Both the position numbers and the translations under genes were made by a program. A stretch of 63,391 nt of DNA, counting the filler, from Basidiobolus ranarum (lineage: Eukaryota), in assembly GCA_040143965.1 (NCBI GenBank). It is 42 parts of 42 records of this genome, joined end to end, with 100 filler letters (N's around TTAATTAATTAA, not from the genome) between each part and the next. Parts side by side here need not be neighbours in the genome. Positions count along the whole stretch, not along the records: positions 22,744 to 24,157 come from JASJQH010012135.1; positions 24,258 to 25,671 come from JASJQH010012136.1; positions 25,772 to 27,185 come from JASJQH010012137.1; positions 27,286 to 28,699 come from JASJQH010012138.1; positions 28,800 to 30,212 come from JASJQH010012139.1; positions 30,313 to 31,725 come from JASJQH010012140.1; positions 31,826 to 33,238 come from JASJQH010012141.1; positions 33,339 to 34,750 come from JASJQH010012142.1; 34 more parts are not named here. One strand, given 5' to 3'. Positions 22,744 through 34,850 of this stretch are shown here, piece by piece. The notes beneath the pieces are model-generated. The model searched no databases. It was given only the letters and a program-made list of their open reading frames with translations, and was not told where the DNA came from. Position 1 is the stretch's first letter, and every line of letters starts with the position of its first letter.

Positions 22744-24157
22744 ACTGAATCAGGTAAATATTGTTTATATTTGGCTTACATACCATTGATTCCCCATCTT
22801 AAAGATTTGATGAAATCACCCAAATATAGATCATTGATCCAATACCAAAGTACTCATTATTAAGCTGATGGTATTGCCAATATACTTGATGTATATCACT
22901 ACCAGTATCTGTAAAGTCATGGTTTCTTTGAGAACACATATCAGCATGCATTTGCATTGGCTCTGGATTGTTTCTCACTAAACAAATATTCTGTTGGAAA
23001 GGCTTGCTGGCCTATAATTTTAATCAACTTAAATCTTCCTCCTTCTGAACAGTATAAGAGTCATAATATTTTGATACTATCCATCATATCTGGACCTAAG
23101 TCACCAGTGCTTATAGATAGCTTCTTGGAGCTCTTGATTGTGGATTTTGAATGGTCATCTAATGGTGTTCAGATGGGTGAATATTTATTAAAGCCAATAT
23201 CATTGTATGTATTGGTGACACTCCTGCCATCAGTAAACATGGAGGTTTTTGTAGGCACAATGCACTTTCTTGCTGTAGATTTTGTCAAATCAATGGAGTT
23301 TACTCTAACGGGCATATGTATTACTACTATCCAAATACAACCCTAAACTTCATGATTTCACTGTCATGAGCCCACTCAGATTTCAATATGATCACTGATA
23401 GCAATTCACCAAATAGTCAGTCTAACATCAAACTTGGTATTAGCTGTAAGCCTAAGATTAAATTGCTGAAGGGCATCCGCTGGAGCCAGAGCTTCCCATA
23501 AGGCACTATGCACTAGCTATTCAACAACATTCCAATACTACTTACCCAGCTATATAGTGAAAAATTCAATAGGAATGAGCCATTTGAGATTGGATCAAAT
23601 TTTGAACTGATTGGGAAAATGCTTGAAAATGTCAAGGTAGCATCATATTTTACCAGGACTCCCATCAATATCCACTCATCTAGGTGTTTATTCAAAGGCA
23701 AAGACTAGAAGTATTGCATTTGTGTATATTCAAGTGGAATTTTGTAAAGATTTCTTCCTGACAAGTATTGGCAACATTGGGAGTTGTTTGTTAATATTGC
23801 TAACATATTCTTATGGCATCAACTCAAATTAGCAGTTCTCAGGCCGATACAGTAGCTGTACAACAATTTGGTAATTGGATACGAAAAAGTGTATTACAGG
23901 TTTCAAGGAGATAGACCGAATCTATGCTGGTTTTCAAAACAGTCCCTACTGCATCTTTCACAATGCTTAGAGATTATAGGCACTTGCTATACTTTCTGGG
24001 AGTTCTCAATAGAGTGCACCTGCAGTGAAATGATGCTCCATGTGAAATTATCAGTATCACGTGTGTGATAATCCAACAGTATCTTTAGGAAAGCTGCAAG
24101 ACAGGCTTCTTGCTCAGATTTATCCAGCTCTGCTGTATTATTGTTTTAGCCAAGGGG
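22744..24157 (+). mobile_element. CACTA transposase core/C-terminus, degenerate
   Basis: CWPIILINLNLPPSEQY, ISGPKSPVLIDSFL, GDTPAISK.GGF..HN...CC.FC, GTMH, and FWEFSIE. Confidence 0.87.
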
Positions 24158-24257
24158 NNNNNNNNNNNNNNNNNNNNNNNNNNNNNNNNNNNNNNNNNNN
24201 NTTAATTAATTAANNNNNNNNNNNNNNNNNNNNNNNNNNNNNNNNNNNNNNNNNNNN

Positions 24258-25589
24258 TCAAAGATTTCAGAGTGTCAGTAAGTGACAGATATCCACCTAA
24301 AGCCTCTTCTGGGTGGAAGGTATTGGGTGAATTCCAAGCCCAAAATATTCGTGATGTCCAGGTAACTAGTCATCTATTCGGTGTAGATTATATTTGAGTA
24401 AGTTTCAATGGTAAACTGATCCATGATTTTCCCAGGTATTTCGCGTGAGCAATCCTTTAATATGGGCAAGATATATACGAATCGATATTTTGTCGCATTA
24501 TGGAAACGAGTATTTCTGTCCCTTGAGCTTACTTCGTGTGCACGGAACTACAATGATGGAGGAATATAAACGAGAGGAGGATGAGTTTTTGGCTGAGGAG
24601 CAATCTACACCTCATCCTGAACCTGTTGCTTCTAGTACCCCATCAGACTCCTCTATCAATCTGACATTTCCCAAAATAGTGATACCGACTTTATCAAATT
24701 TTGTTGAGGAGAATGCCTCCTTCTCTAATCCAAAGGAAACTAGTATACCTGCAAAAACTAAGCAAGCGACGCAAGTCAAAACAGATTCAGAATCCCTAAC
24801 AAGTTCAACCAATTCACACACTCCCATAGCCTCTCCAAGTATCTGCCCTCCTACAAGTCGACTCGCCGAATTAATCAAGTCAAGTGAGCACGAATGTATC
24901 GCTACACATATGCATACAGACTCTATCGCCACTACTAAGTCGTCATTTGAAACTATCACGTCCACCTCCAATCCCAAGCATGACGAAAATGGGTATCCGT
25001 ATGTTGTACCATCTTCTGGTACCCAAGAAAGTATCTTCAAAACCATTATGAAGAAACTCTCAGTTTTGGAACAAAATGTTTCATTGTCTTATAAATACCT
25101 TGAAGAGCAAAGTCGTGCAATCAATGAGATCTTTTCTAAGATTGAACATTCGCAAAAGCGACAGATTTGGTCGGCTTTAAACAATTTGAATGAGACCGCG
25201 TTGGCGCAGCTGAACATCTTGGCAAGTAAAACGTGTTAGTTACTTTGGCATACTTGAATATTAATACGGTTTGTTAAATAGAGAAACACATATGAGTTTG
25301 TATGGCAGACATCAATCCACGAAATGAAAGTATATCATGACCACACCAACAAGCAGATCCACGATCTCTCAAGAAAGGTCCATATACTGGCTGACGAGGT
25401 ATGTGTGTTTAGACTAGTAATCACCCGGCACTTTACTAATGAAGGAATTTCCACTGAATTAAGGTCCTCTTTGAAAAGAGACTTGGAATTGCTCAGCTGT
25501 TTCTACTGCTGGCTTTGATAGTTATCATCGGATCCTCACATCTATTCAAAACACCCCTCCGATTTGTCAAAAAGGAGAAGGAAGAGTGA
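24258..25589 (+). CDS. SLP1: SLP1/SUCO-like mid-SUN domain ER membrane protein, 5' truncated; exons <24258-24361, 24436-25221, 25282-25398, 25464-25589
   Basis: WARYIRIDILSHYGNEYFCPLSLLRVHG, ESIFKTIMKKLSVLEQN.SLS..YLEEQS, LADEVLFEKR, a C-terminal TM helix and a KEKEE* (KxKxx) end. Three phase-0 introns, one of them GC-AG. Confidence 0.88.
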
Positions 25590-25771
25590 GTTCTAAGATC
25601 TACATATATAAATTCTGTATGTTTTATGTAAATTTATTCGTTTGAAATTAGCCCTCAATTCACATATCAATNNNNNNNNNNNNNNNNNNNNNNNNNNNNN
25701 NNNNNNNNNNNNNNNTTAATTAATTAANNNNNNNNNNNNNNNNNNNNNNNNNNNNNNNNNNNNNNNNNNNN

Positions 25772-27130
25772 ATAGTAATAATGCATATGCCTGTTAGAGT
25801 AACCTCCATTGGTTTGCCAAGATCTACAGCAAGATAGTGCATTTTGCCTGCAAAAACCGCCAACTTTTCTGATGTCAGGAGTGTCACCAAAACACATAAC
25901 AATATTAGCTTCAATAAAATATTCACCCATCTGACCCCCATTGGATAACTGTTCAAATTCCACAATCAAAGGCTCCAAGAAGTTATCTATAAGCACTGGT
26001 GATTTAGGTCCAGATAAGATGGATTGTATCAAAATATTATGACTTTTATACCATTCAGATGGAAGAAGATTTAGGTTGATTAAAATTGTTGGCCAGCAAG
26101 CTTTCCAATGGTATATTTGTTTAGTGAGAAATCATCCAGAGCCAATGCAAATACATGATCATAAGTGCTCTCAAAGAAACCTTGACTTTTCAGATACTGT
26201 TAGTGATATACATCAAGTATATTGGTAAGACCATCAGCTTTATGGTGGGTACTTTGGTATTGGATCAATGATCTATATTTGGGTGAATTCATCAAAACTT
26301 TAAGATGGGGAATCAATGGTATGTAAGCCAAATATGAACAATATTTACCTGATTCAGTGATTGTGTATTGGGTTCAAGCAGTACATGACTTCAGGTTTTT
26401 CTGATCACCAGTGAAAGCCAAGCAACTATTTGGACATGGAGGTAGTTAAATTACTGAAGGATTAAAAGTCATACAATTGACAAGTGTCTTCCACTTGTAC
26501 CAGGTCTGTGGCAAGCAACAGTTGCCAATCATCTGTGGTAAAAGTGTAAGAAAACCAATAAACACCTGGTTGCTAAGAATGGATTGAACTCTCCATGCCT
26601 CAAGAATCAAAGCTGCTTCCTTTATAGTAAGTGTTTTGAGTGGGCTAATGTTTGCCAATAACAAAGAGTCCATAGCAAAACCATTGTGTTCATCTTCAAC
26701 TTCTGATATACTACCATTGGTACTGGAATAACCAAGGTCAACATCTAGCAGCAAGTCCTCAAAGTTGTCTGAAGTTACTGGTTTGGTCAAAGTTGCTTTT
26801 TGACCTACATCATTCTGGTTTAGAGCTGTGGTAACTCCACATTATCTTGACTTTTGCCAGTGTTACCAAAACTTTGGGGCAAACTACAGTCAGTGGACTC
26901 AATGGGCAAAACTGAAGTCAATTTAGTGGACTCACTACTCTTGTTATATACCAGGCTTTGTGCAGCTGGTGGCTTTGTACAGTGACCATGCTTGTGATTA
27001 TTTTTTCCGTGAAGCCTTGGGCTTTCATAAGACTTGTTCCATTTTATTGAGCCAGATCAGGCCAGCTAAAAAGGGTGCCAGCACAAATTGGCATGATTGG
27101 GCACTATCTGGCATGATGTTATTTACCATT
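25772..27130 (-). mobile_element. CACTA transposase N-terminal half, degenerate
   Basis: Collinear with 1-1130 and carries the same motifs. Confidence 0.87.
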
Positions 27131-28008
27131 TTGGAAACAGTTTATTTTACTTATGTGGTATGTTTAAGAAAAGTACTTTTAGACANNNNNNNNNNNNNNN
27201 NNNNNNNNNNNNNNNNNNNNNNNNNNNNNTTAATTAATTAANNNNNNNNNNNNNNNNNNNNNNNNNNNNNNNNNNNNNNNNNNNNGGCTCTTTCCCCCTA
27301 AAGGTCAGGAGCCATGGCTAAGGCCAGTAAGGCATTTCAATCCCATTTGACTGCTGAAAGTTACTCCATGGTTGACCTTATAAGCATGATTTTCGGGATT
27401 CCTGATGCGGCTCTGATTATGATCTTCGGCCGCTACTACTGTACGTTTTACATACATCCTACAGGTATTGTGCTGAAAGAACCGCGAAAAATACTAGAGT
27501 TTCGCATTTGATATCGACATGCTGGAAATGTTTTGTATTCGTACCACTCACCATAAAAAGGGTTGCACTTACTATATTCGCATAGAGGAGCCGATGCTGA
27601 AAATCGTTGGTTCCCAATAGACCTTTCAATTTGATAACTAAACAATTGAGCGTATTCTTTTTTCGGTTCTATAATAATGCCGATATCTCAAATGCTTTTT
27701 CAGTGAGGTGAATATTCAATAACGGATGGGGATAGTGTATTGAGTGTGACCTTGGTCTACTGTTCCCTCGTCTTATCCTACCACTTATGCCGGGCTGCTC
27801 TCCTGGTGGAATCTTAGCGATTTGATTGGTCAAAGTGGGTTAGAGTTAGAGTCACTCCGGTAAGAGCGCACTTCCTAGGGTTGTGCTAAACAGGTAAATT
27901 CTTTCCATCTTGAAGTAGCGATGAAGTTAAGGTTACATATTAAATCTCATAGGTTGCTAGGTAACCCCACAATGTACTTCGCTCAATGTACACAGTATTA
28001 GGAGGAAG

Positions 28009-28292
28009 TTACAAGCCTGCACCATAGTTCCAATCTGCTATTAACACCATTGGGGTATCGTTGCTTATCATGTAAGAAAGACGTTTACTAGAGTATGTCA
28101 GGTCTACTGGAACATATGCACCACCAGCCTTTAAGATTGAGAGCAACCCCATCACCATGGCTAGTGAGTGCTCCACGTAGATTGCTATCGCTATGCGCAT
28201 ATCTGGCTTGATGCCCACACTTATGAGCTGGTTCCGTTCTTCGTAGCTCTAAACCTCATCCTCATATAGCAAGGCAGTGACATTCGGAGTAT
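28009..28292 (-). pseudogene. NRPS adenylation-domain remnant
   Basis: TPNVTALLYEDEV*SYEE...GIKPDMRIAI..VEHSLAMVMGLLSILKAGGAYVPVD (A1/A2 motifs), with stops and deletions. Confidence 0.8.
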
Positions 28293-28507
28293 ACATCACT
28301 TACGGTCAATTAAGTATACCACTAATTAATGATTTCTGTATACAGGAAATAGTTGAATGCCAAAATTTGTAAAAATCTCTTTTCAAATTCAATCAGTCCA
28401 TCAATATGTAATCTTCAAGCTGAAGGCTGTAACAGACATAACAATAAAGTTTATTTATGATATGTTCATCCTTCGCTAGGCCCATACAACAATACTGTAA
28501 TGAAAGA

Positions 28508-28699
28508 TTAGGTGCCGAAGACTTGAGTCCAGTAGTCTCCATTGGCAACATAGCCAGACCCAAAGGAGGTAAATTATGAATTGGGAATGTTTCATCAATG
28601 CCCAGCTGAATTCATCCAACCTTCCATGACAGCCTCGATACTAGAATACCCCTGGGCTACATTCTCACCGATGGTTCTCCATTCGAAGCCAGTTTCAAC
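28508..28699 (-). pseudogene. CAP/SCP-domain (YkwD-like) C-terminus with 3 in-frame stops
   Basis: WRTIGENVAQGYSSIEAVMEGWMNSAGH**NIPNS*FTSFGSGYVANGDYWTQVFGT*. Confidence 0.85.
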
Positions 28700-29264
28700 N
28701 NNNNNNNNNNNNNNNNNNNNNNNNNNNNNNNNNNNNNNNNNNNTTAATTAATTAANNNNNNNNNNNNNNNNNNNNNNNNNNNNNNNNNNNNNNNNNNNNT
28801 GTTTCCAGTCCTTGTTCAGGTCCTTATTGTGACACATATTGTCTACCTTAGATTTGTGTTTGACTGTTGTTGCTTCTTCAAGTTCAGTAAGAGCTTTACT
28901 ATCTCTCTCAAGCACCTGTTGTCTTAGTCTTGTGGGGGTACACATTGTAACAGATTGCTGTCTTAGTAGATTGCTCTCAGGTGTCGGATCTTCATCCAAC
29001 AAAGTGGAAGATTCAATAATTCTTGCAGTTGGTGTTTGTTGCTATCACATGGTAGTACACATTCAACTGGTATGTCTTTCAGGTGGCATGCTCCTTGGAG
29101 CTGACTCTTCTCAGATGTAAAAAGCTCTCTGGTTGATTTGGTTGAATCAGTTAAATTGCATGCTACCATGTGTGAGACTGTGGGTCATCCTCTTTCTGGT
29201 TTTTCATTGACTGCTTGCTCCCTATCAAAAATGGGCAAAACATCATGGACTCTTCCAAGCTGGC

Positions 29265-30212
29265 CCCTAACAGAAATTTGAGGATTGTTATTGTAGGAAA
29301 ACTGCCACAATTTTAATCCATTTGAGATTGACCATTTACTTACCATCATAAAATTGTCAAGTTAGATTTGATTTTAATCAATTTTTTCAATTTCAGGAAT
29401 GAAATTTCAAGATCCTGCAAAATAGTTGCACATTGTTGGCTAAAATATCAGAGAACTATGGATCAACATATGTGCAAAAAATGTAACTCAAATTTTACAC
29501 AATTACCACTTGAATGCTAATTTGTCATCTACCAAATCCCTAGTCTCTTTGATATATTTTCCTGAATATTTTTATAGAGTTCTTCATACCCAATGTTCAG
29601 CTCATACCCAACACAAGTTTATATCAATATCTCCATCAAAGCCCATCATTGTATTAACATTGCTGAATCAACATTCTTGCAGCCATCTGGCAGATACCCT
29701 GCAATATTATGCCACTCTGTATTAAGTTCTTCCCAGATATCTGCACAGTCAACACCAGACTGAATGTCAAGTTGAATGTTCTTCTTCTGAAGCCACTTTC
29801 TGCATACTTGCACTGCGTTTTTCCCTTCATACTTTTGAAAATACTCCTCAAGCACTTTGACTATTTTTGTATGTCCTTGTAGTGTGACACTACCAAGGGT
29901 GCTTTATAGTGTTTGTGCGGCTTTTTGCTTGTCTTTACCTTTCGGACTAATTTCAACACTTTGAAAAGTACCAGTTGAGGTTGGATAGCCATGAGTTCTA
30001 TTTGCTGGTGTTTTGGCTTGTTGAGAGATGCCAGGTGTTGGATAAACATCCGAATTTAGCACTCTTCCACTGGTGTACCCGGTTCCATGGTGAAATTAAG
30101 CTTTTTTGCCAGTATATCTGACTCTGGAATTGCAGATCTTTGTAATGGTGTGAAGAATTCGGTAAGTGGGACAGTAGAGCCTAAACTCACTGGCTCCTTT
30201 GCTTTTCCCTTG
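29265..30212 (-). mobile_element. CACTA terminus B and ORF2 C-terminal half
   Basis: CCCTAACAGAAATTTG at 29265; collinear with 13702-14640. Confidence 0.85.
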
Positions 30213-30313
30213 NNNNNNNNNNNNNNNNNNNNNNNNNNNNNNNNNNNNNNNNNNNNTTAATTAATTAANNNNNNNNNNNNNNNNNNNNNNNNNNNNNNNN
30301 NNNNNNNNNNNNT

Positions 30314-30475
30314 GACTCATATGGCCACGTTGCCGTAGTCGAAAGCATCAACGATGACGGAAGTGTGTATACGAGTAACTGGAACTACATAATCAATGGA
30401 GAGGGAGGACCTTATATCACCACCTACGTCACCTTCAACACTGGTGAGGGAGTGTCATTCATCTGGTATGAGTAG
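30314..30475 (+). CDS. 3' end of a CHAP-domain (cysteine/histidine amidohydrolase-peptidase) gene
   Basis: DSYGHVAVVESINDDGSVYTSNWNY...TTYVTFNTGEGVSFIWYE*. Contains the GHVAxVE catalytic His motif. Confidence 0.82.
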   Translation, partial: DSYGHVAVVESINDDGSVYTSNWNYIINGEGGPYITTYVTFNTGEGVSFIWYE

Positions 30476-31465
30476 ATACCACTTCTGGCCATAAATACCC
30501 GCAAAAGATAACGCAACTAGCTATCTTTTGTTTCTTATTCCCTATTCATACTTTTGATATAGAATAATTAGAGAGCATTGAATGCAAAATAAATATACCA
30601 TTAATGAAGTATTGGCCACGCTGAATATTTATCTCTAGAATCTTATCTGATGTTTACGGGGAAAATTAGCAAAATTAATTTTCCAACATCTCGAAAATGA
30701 ATTAAAAAATATGTAGTCTAAGATTACTGCCAAAAAATTGGTTTCGCTTTAACTGAATGTTTTCTTTTTCTTTCTCGCTCTACTCCTCGTATTTGTTGCA
30801 AAAACAGATATACATGTGCTGTTGCTCAATGGAGTCGTCATACTTGGACCTATATTCTTGTTAAACCTCTTTTTGTATTGTTAGATGGATATAGCTCCCT
30901 ACTACTGCAGATTGTTTTTAATTTCTGTTAATTACAAAAGTAGCGTATTAGCGTTCCCACTTAGCATCTTGTTAATAAATAAAATTCCTTAGTTTTTACT
31001 TCAGGAGTTACTAGAGATTTCCCAGATTCATCCTCTTGAAAAGATTCCCGCAAGATCATATGAAATTCTCATCAACTGAAAATACAAAATAAAATCTAAT
31101 CTAAACCGATCTAGACTACTGAGAGTTGAACATTTTCCAGCCACAATGGAGACTATGAATCATTATGTATGGTATATTTGTTCCCATGTTCAGTAGACTA
31201 TATTTGTGACTACTCTTTAAACAAATATCTTAACAAGGATTCAGATAACAGGCCTTACCATATTTAAACATATTCCCATATGTGGTAAGAGCGATCGGGA
31301 ACTGAAAATAACTGGATTGAAGGTTTGTTCCAGAGGATTCACTTGAATCAAGATCCGTAATTCATTGGAAAAACACTTGGCAGATTGAACAACTGCTCAG
31401 ATATAAAGACTAAACTCACGCCCCTGTTAAGCTCACAGTCAATTATACTGCAATACAAAATTAAA

Positions 31466-31725
31466 ATGGTCAAAATCTCATCTGGTCTATCTTACATCTG
31501 CCTTACCGCTACTGCTTTCTTGGGCTTAGCAGTACAAGCTCTTCCAGCTCCAAGTGCCACTTCTGTCATTCCGCTATCTAACCACACTGAGGTATTGGCC
31601 GAGAAGATCATACTTGGTGATATCACCAACTTTGACGCCTGCTCTCTCCAATTTCGTTTTGACAATGGCCAGTGTACTGACTGGGCCGATGCTCGCTACT
31701 ATCAACTGACCTGCCAACATACTCA
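31466..31725 (+). CDS. 5' end of a secreted CHAP-domain gene (second tandem copy)
   Basis: TATAAA near 31402; signal peptide MVKISSGLSYICLTATAFLGLAVQA; FDNGQCTDWADARYYQLT with the catalytic Cys at 31673. Confidence 0.78.
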
Positions 31726-31827
31726 NNNNNNNNNNNNNNNNNNNNNNNNNNNNNNNNNNNNNNNNNNNNTTAATTAATTAANNNNNNNNNNNNNNNNNNN
31801 NNNNNNNNNNNNNNNNNNNNNNNNNTT

Positions 31828-32900
31828 TTTGATATCACCAAAGCCTTTGACTCAGTAGACAGAGATCTGCTGTGGAGAAAGCTTCAGTCTTTAACTTCCA
31901 AGTCCTTCACTATGCTAGTGAGAGCCCTCTTTATTGATAGTAAAGCCAGAATCCTCCATCCTGAATTCACTTCCTGCCTATACCCAGTGCCCAATGGTGT
32001 GGTGCAAGGTTCAGTGCTAGGTCCTCTGCTTTTTGTGATATTTCTCAATGATTTTCCTCAGCTGTCCCCTGGATCTCTGCTTACTTTATTTGCTGATGAT
32101 ATAAGAGTTTCTACTTCTCAGCCTCAGCTGGATACTGCTACTATTCAGAGATACCTTTCAGAAAATAACTTGGAGCTCTCTATTGCCAAAACAATCCCAA
32201 TTGGTTGCACTATTTCCTTGTATAATACTCAGCTTCTTCATATGAACAATGCAACATATCTAGGATTTCCATTTACTCAAACTGGCATTGATGTGAAGAA
32301 ACACTTGTCAGTTAGTATTACCTTGGCTAAGCAGGCTGTTCACAAGTTACTTGCTGTTACACCACCCAATACATCTTATCATGGCTGTCAAAGACTTCTC
32401 AAGCAGTTTGTGATACCAGTTCTGGAATATAGAGTATATCTGCTCCCACTCAACCAAAGTGACTACTCTAAGCTTGATAGATTCATCAGCTACTGCCTCT
32501 GGCGGCTGATACCTGACTTGCCTGAGACTCCCTATGATCATGCTCTGAATGGAACTTTGGATTCTTCCTATATCATATTAGAGTAGTTTTACTCAGGGCA
32601 AGATTTCTACTCCAACTAAATGACCTAGAAATCCACTGATTAAGAAGTGGCTAGCCACACCATCTTCAAATGCACTATCATGCTGGAAGTTGATACAAGA
32701 TGATCCTCTTGTTTCTGAGTTAGCTTTACAGCTGCATGAAACAAAACAGCCTAAAATTGTTGCTATAGACTTCCAGCAAGACCTTTGGAAGCAATGCCTT
32801 GCCTCTAAGACACCTTTCTGGATTCCCATTGTTCCAGATTTTGTCCTATTGTCCATCTAGTTTGTACTGAGTATCTTCCTTTCTGCTTACCACCTGTGCC
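31828..32900 (+). mobile_element. Non-LTR retrotransposon (LINE) reverse transcriptase, degenerate
   Basis: FDITKAFDSVDR, GVVQGSVLGPLLF, LFADD and TYLG. Confidence 0.9.
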
Positions 32901-33338
32901 CCTTAACACTATATTTATATCCTCTGAACTTGAATATATTGGTCATCAAGTTAAGTATGGATATGATCCAGTGTTGTCACAATATCTTAAAAGATTGATG
33001 TCTTGATTGTCACTTTGTTTAGATTAGGATTCAAGCTAAATAAAGTTCACACCATATGGTACTTTTCATCCCCCCTAAATTTCCTTTATTAAATACTGAG
33101 GCATGCCATAAATTAGTGTTGACCGACAAGAAAAAGGGATTCGTATACTTGCTAGGCAGGCAACTACTTAGCTGAAAAAAACTAAAGCCTAATTGCACTG
33201 GGAACTCTTCCGTGTATTCATCCAAGTGTTTATTGCACNNNNNNNNNNNNNNNNNNNNNNNNNNNNNNNNNNNNNNNNNNNNTTAATTAATTAANNNNNN
33301 NNNNNNNNNNNNNNNNNNNNNNNNNNNNNNNNNNNNNN

Positions 33339-33422
33339 AGGGACGGAGATAGTCTTGATCTCAACTGGTTTCTCGTGAGATTCAATGACGGCAGCCTTTT
33401 GAGTCTTAGGAATTTGACACAT
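33339..33422 (-). CDS. 5' end of a zinc-dependent alcohol dehydrogenase gene
   Basis: MCQIPKTQKAAVIESHEKPVEIKTISVP, resembling the fungal ADH1 N-terminus. TATA-like element near 33466-33473. Confidence 0.8.
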
Positions 33423-34548
33423 GTTTACAATGATTGTACTGATTTTACGCGTTCGACTTCCTCTGTATATATATTATTTTTTAAATCGACGCACCAGCCT
33501 TGTGAATGGACCTAGTGGATTGCTACCTAGTTAAGGTGTAAATCATGTCCTCAGTTAAAGGCCAGAAGGATCCAGATGATACCTATATCAAAGCCTCTTC
33601 CGATGTTGCCCATTTGTAACTAAAATTCCTGACAACGAGAAAACAATTGGAAGGAAATATAAAAATGATAACATCGTTAAGATGATAGCCTATTGTGTTA
33701 ATACCTAAAACGGAATTTGCACAATAGTCATTTCTATCCGAATCTTTTGTCGATCTCGATTGAGGCTATTACCACAATTGGAGATTTTGATTGCTAATGT
33801 TTTATACCATCTTGGGTAGATGATGTAGTATATCATTCAGTGAGGAGGAATATCTAGTGCTGTCGTAAATGACTGTAGAACAGGCGAGTTGTAACTAAAT
33901 ATATGATAGTTGCGAACTTTAAATTATAGTGAACAAACTTTATTCCATCAATATAGTTATACCTTTTTACATGACTAATCATACTGACGACGCAAATTGG
34001 TGATTTAGTGACACCTTGTCACTGCTATTTGGAAATGCTACCCCATTATCCTTGAGCAAATATTTAGTGCAAATAAATAGCTATTCGTAAACTAGATTTT
34101 GCCAGTTGGTTGTTTGCTGATCGCATTGATAAACATCACGTAAGCATTGAGCGATCTAATCTTGATTCTAGATCGGTCTGAAAATTCAACATCTAGTAAT
34201 AGAGTACATACGGGGTGCAGATAGGATAATTGTTGTACATTGACGGTATAGTGTAAAAGGAATATTATTTCACGTAATCAGATTTGCCAAATTACCAAGT
34301 ACCATATTTTCAATCATGGAAATATTACCTTAAACGTAATCCATACAATCTCGTACGCACTAGTGCAGGGATCGCATACAAATCCTTTTAAAAACTGTCA
34401 ACATCCATTTCAAATTTGTAACTACACTGACTATATATGGATACAATGTTGCCAAACATACTGACCAATCGTATGACCAAATTCAATTAACAATAGTGGA
34501 ATTTTATTTAGCTTTCTAAAGAAATTTACATAGTATTTGCAAGACCAT

Positions 34549-34750
34549 CTAATGGTTGTGCATATCAAGAACAATACGTCCAGCGATCTTTCCAGCGTGC
34601 ATATCTTCATATACTTGAGGAATGGTCTCCATATCTTGGACCTTGTAGTGACACTTGACCTTACCGCGAGCAGCAAAGTCGAGAGCCTCAGCAAGATCTT
34701 GACGGTTACCAACAATAGAACCACGGATGGTCAAACGTTGGAGAACAAGA
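34549..34750 (-). CDS. 3' end of a zinc-dependent alcohol dehydrogenase gene (upstream tandem copy)
   Basis: TIRGSIVGNRQDLAEALDFAARGKVK...GKIAGRIVLD. Confidence 0.93.
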
Positions 34751-34850
34751 NNNNNNNNNNNNNNNNNNNNNNNNNNNNNNNNNNNNNNNNNNNNTTAATT
34801 AATTAANNNNNNNNNNNNNNNNNNNNNNNNNNNNNNNNNNNNNNNNNNNN

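Noticed and set aside
28800-29264. Possible Tc1-like HTH (KPERG*P) on the minus strand
   Set aside because: Only a GRP-like tripeptide; no DDE motif recognisable.
27286-31725. NRPS, CAP and CHAP genes as one gene cluster
   Set aside because: The CHAP genes lie on a different contig separated by linkers; only NRPS and CAP share a contig.
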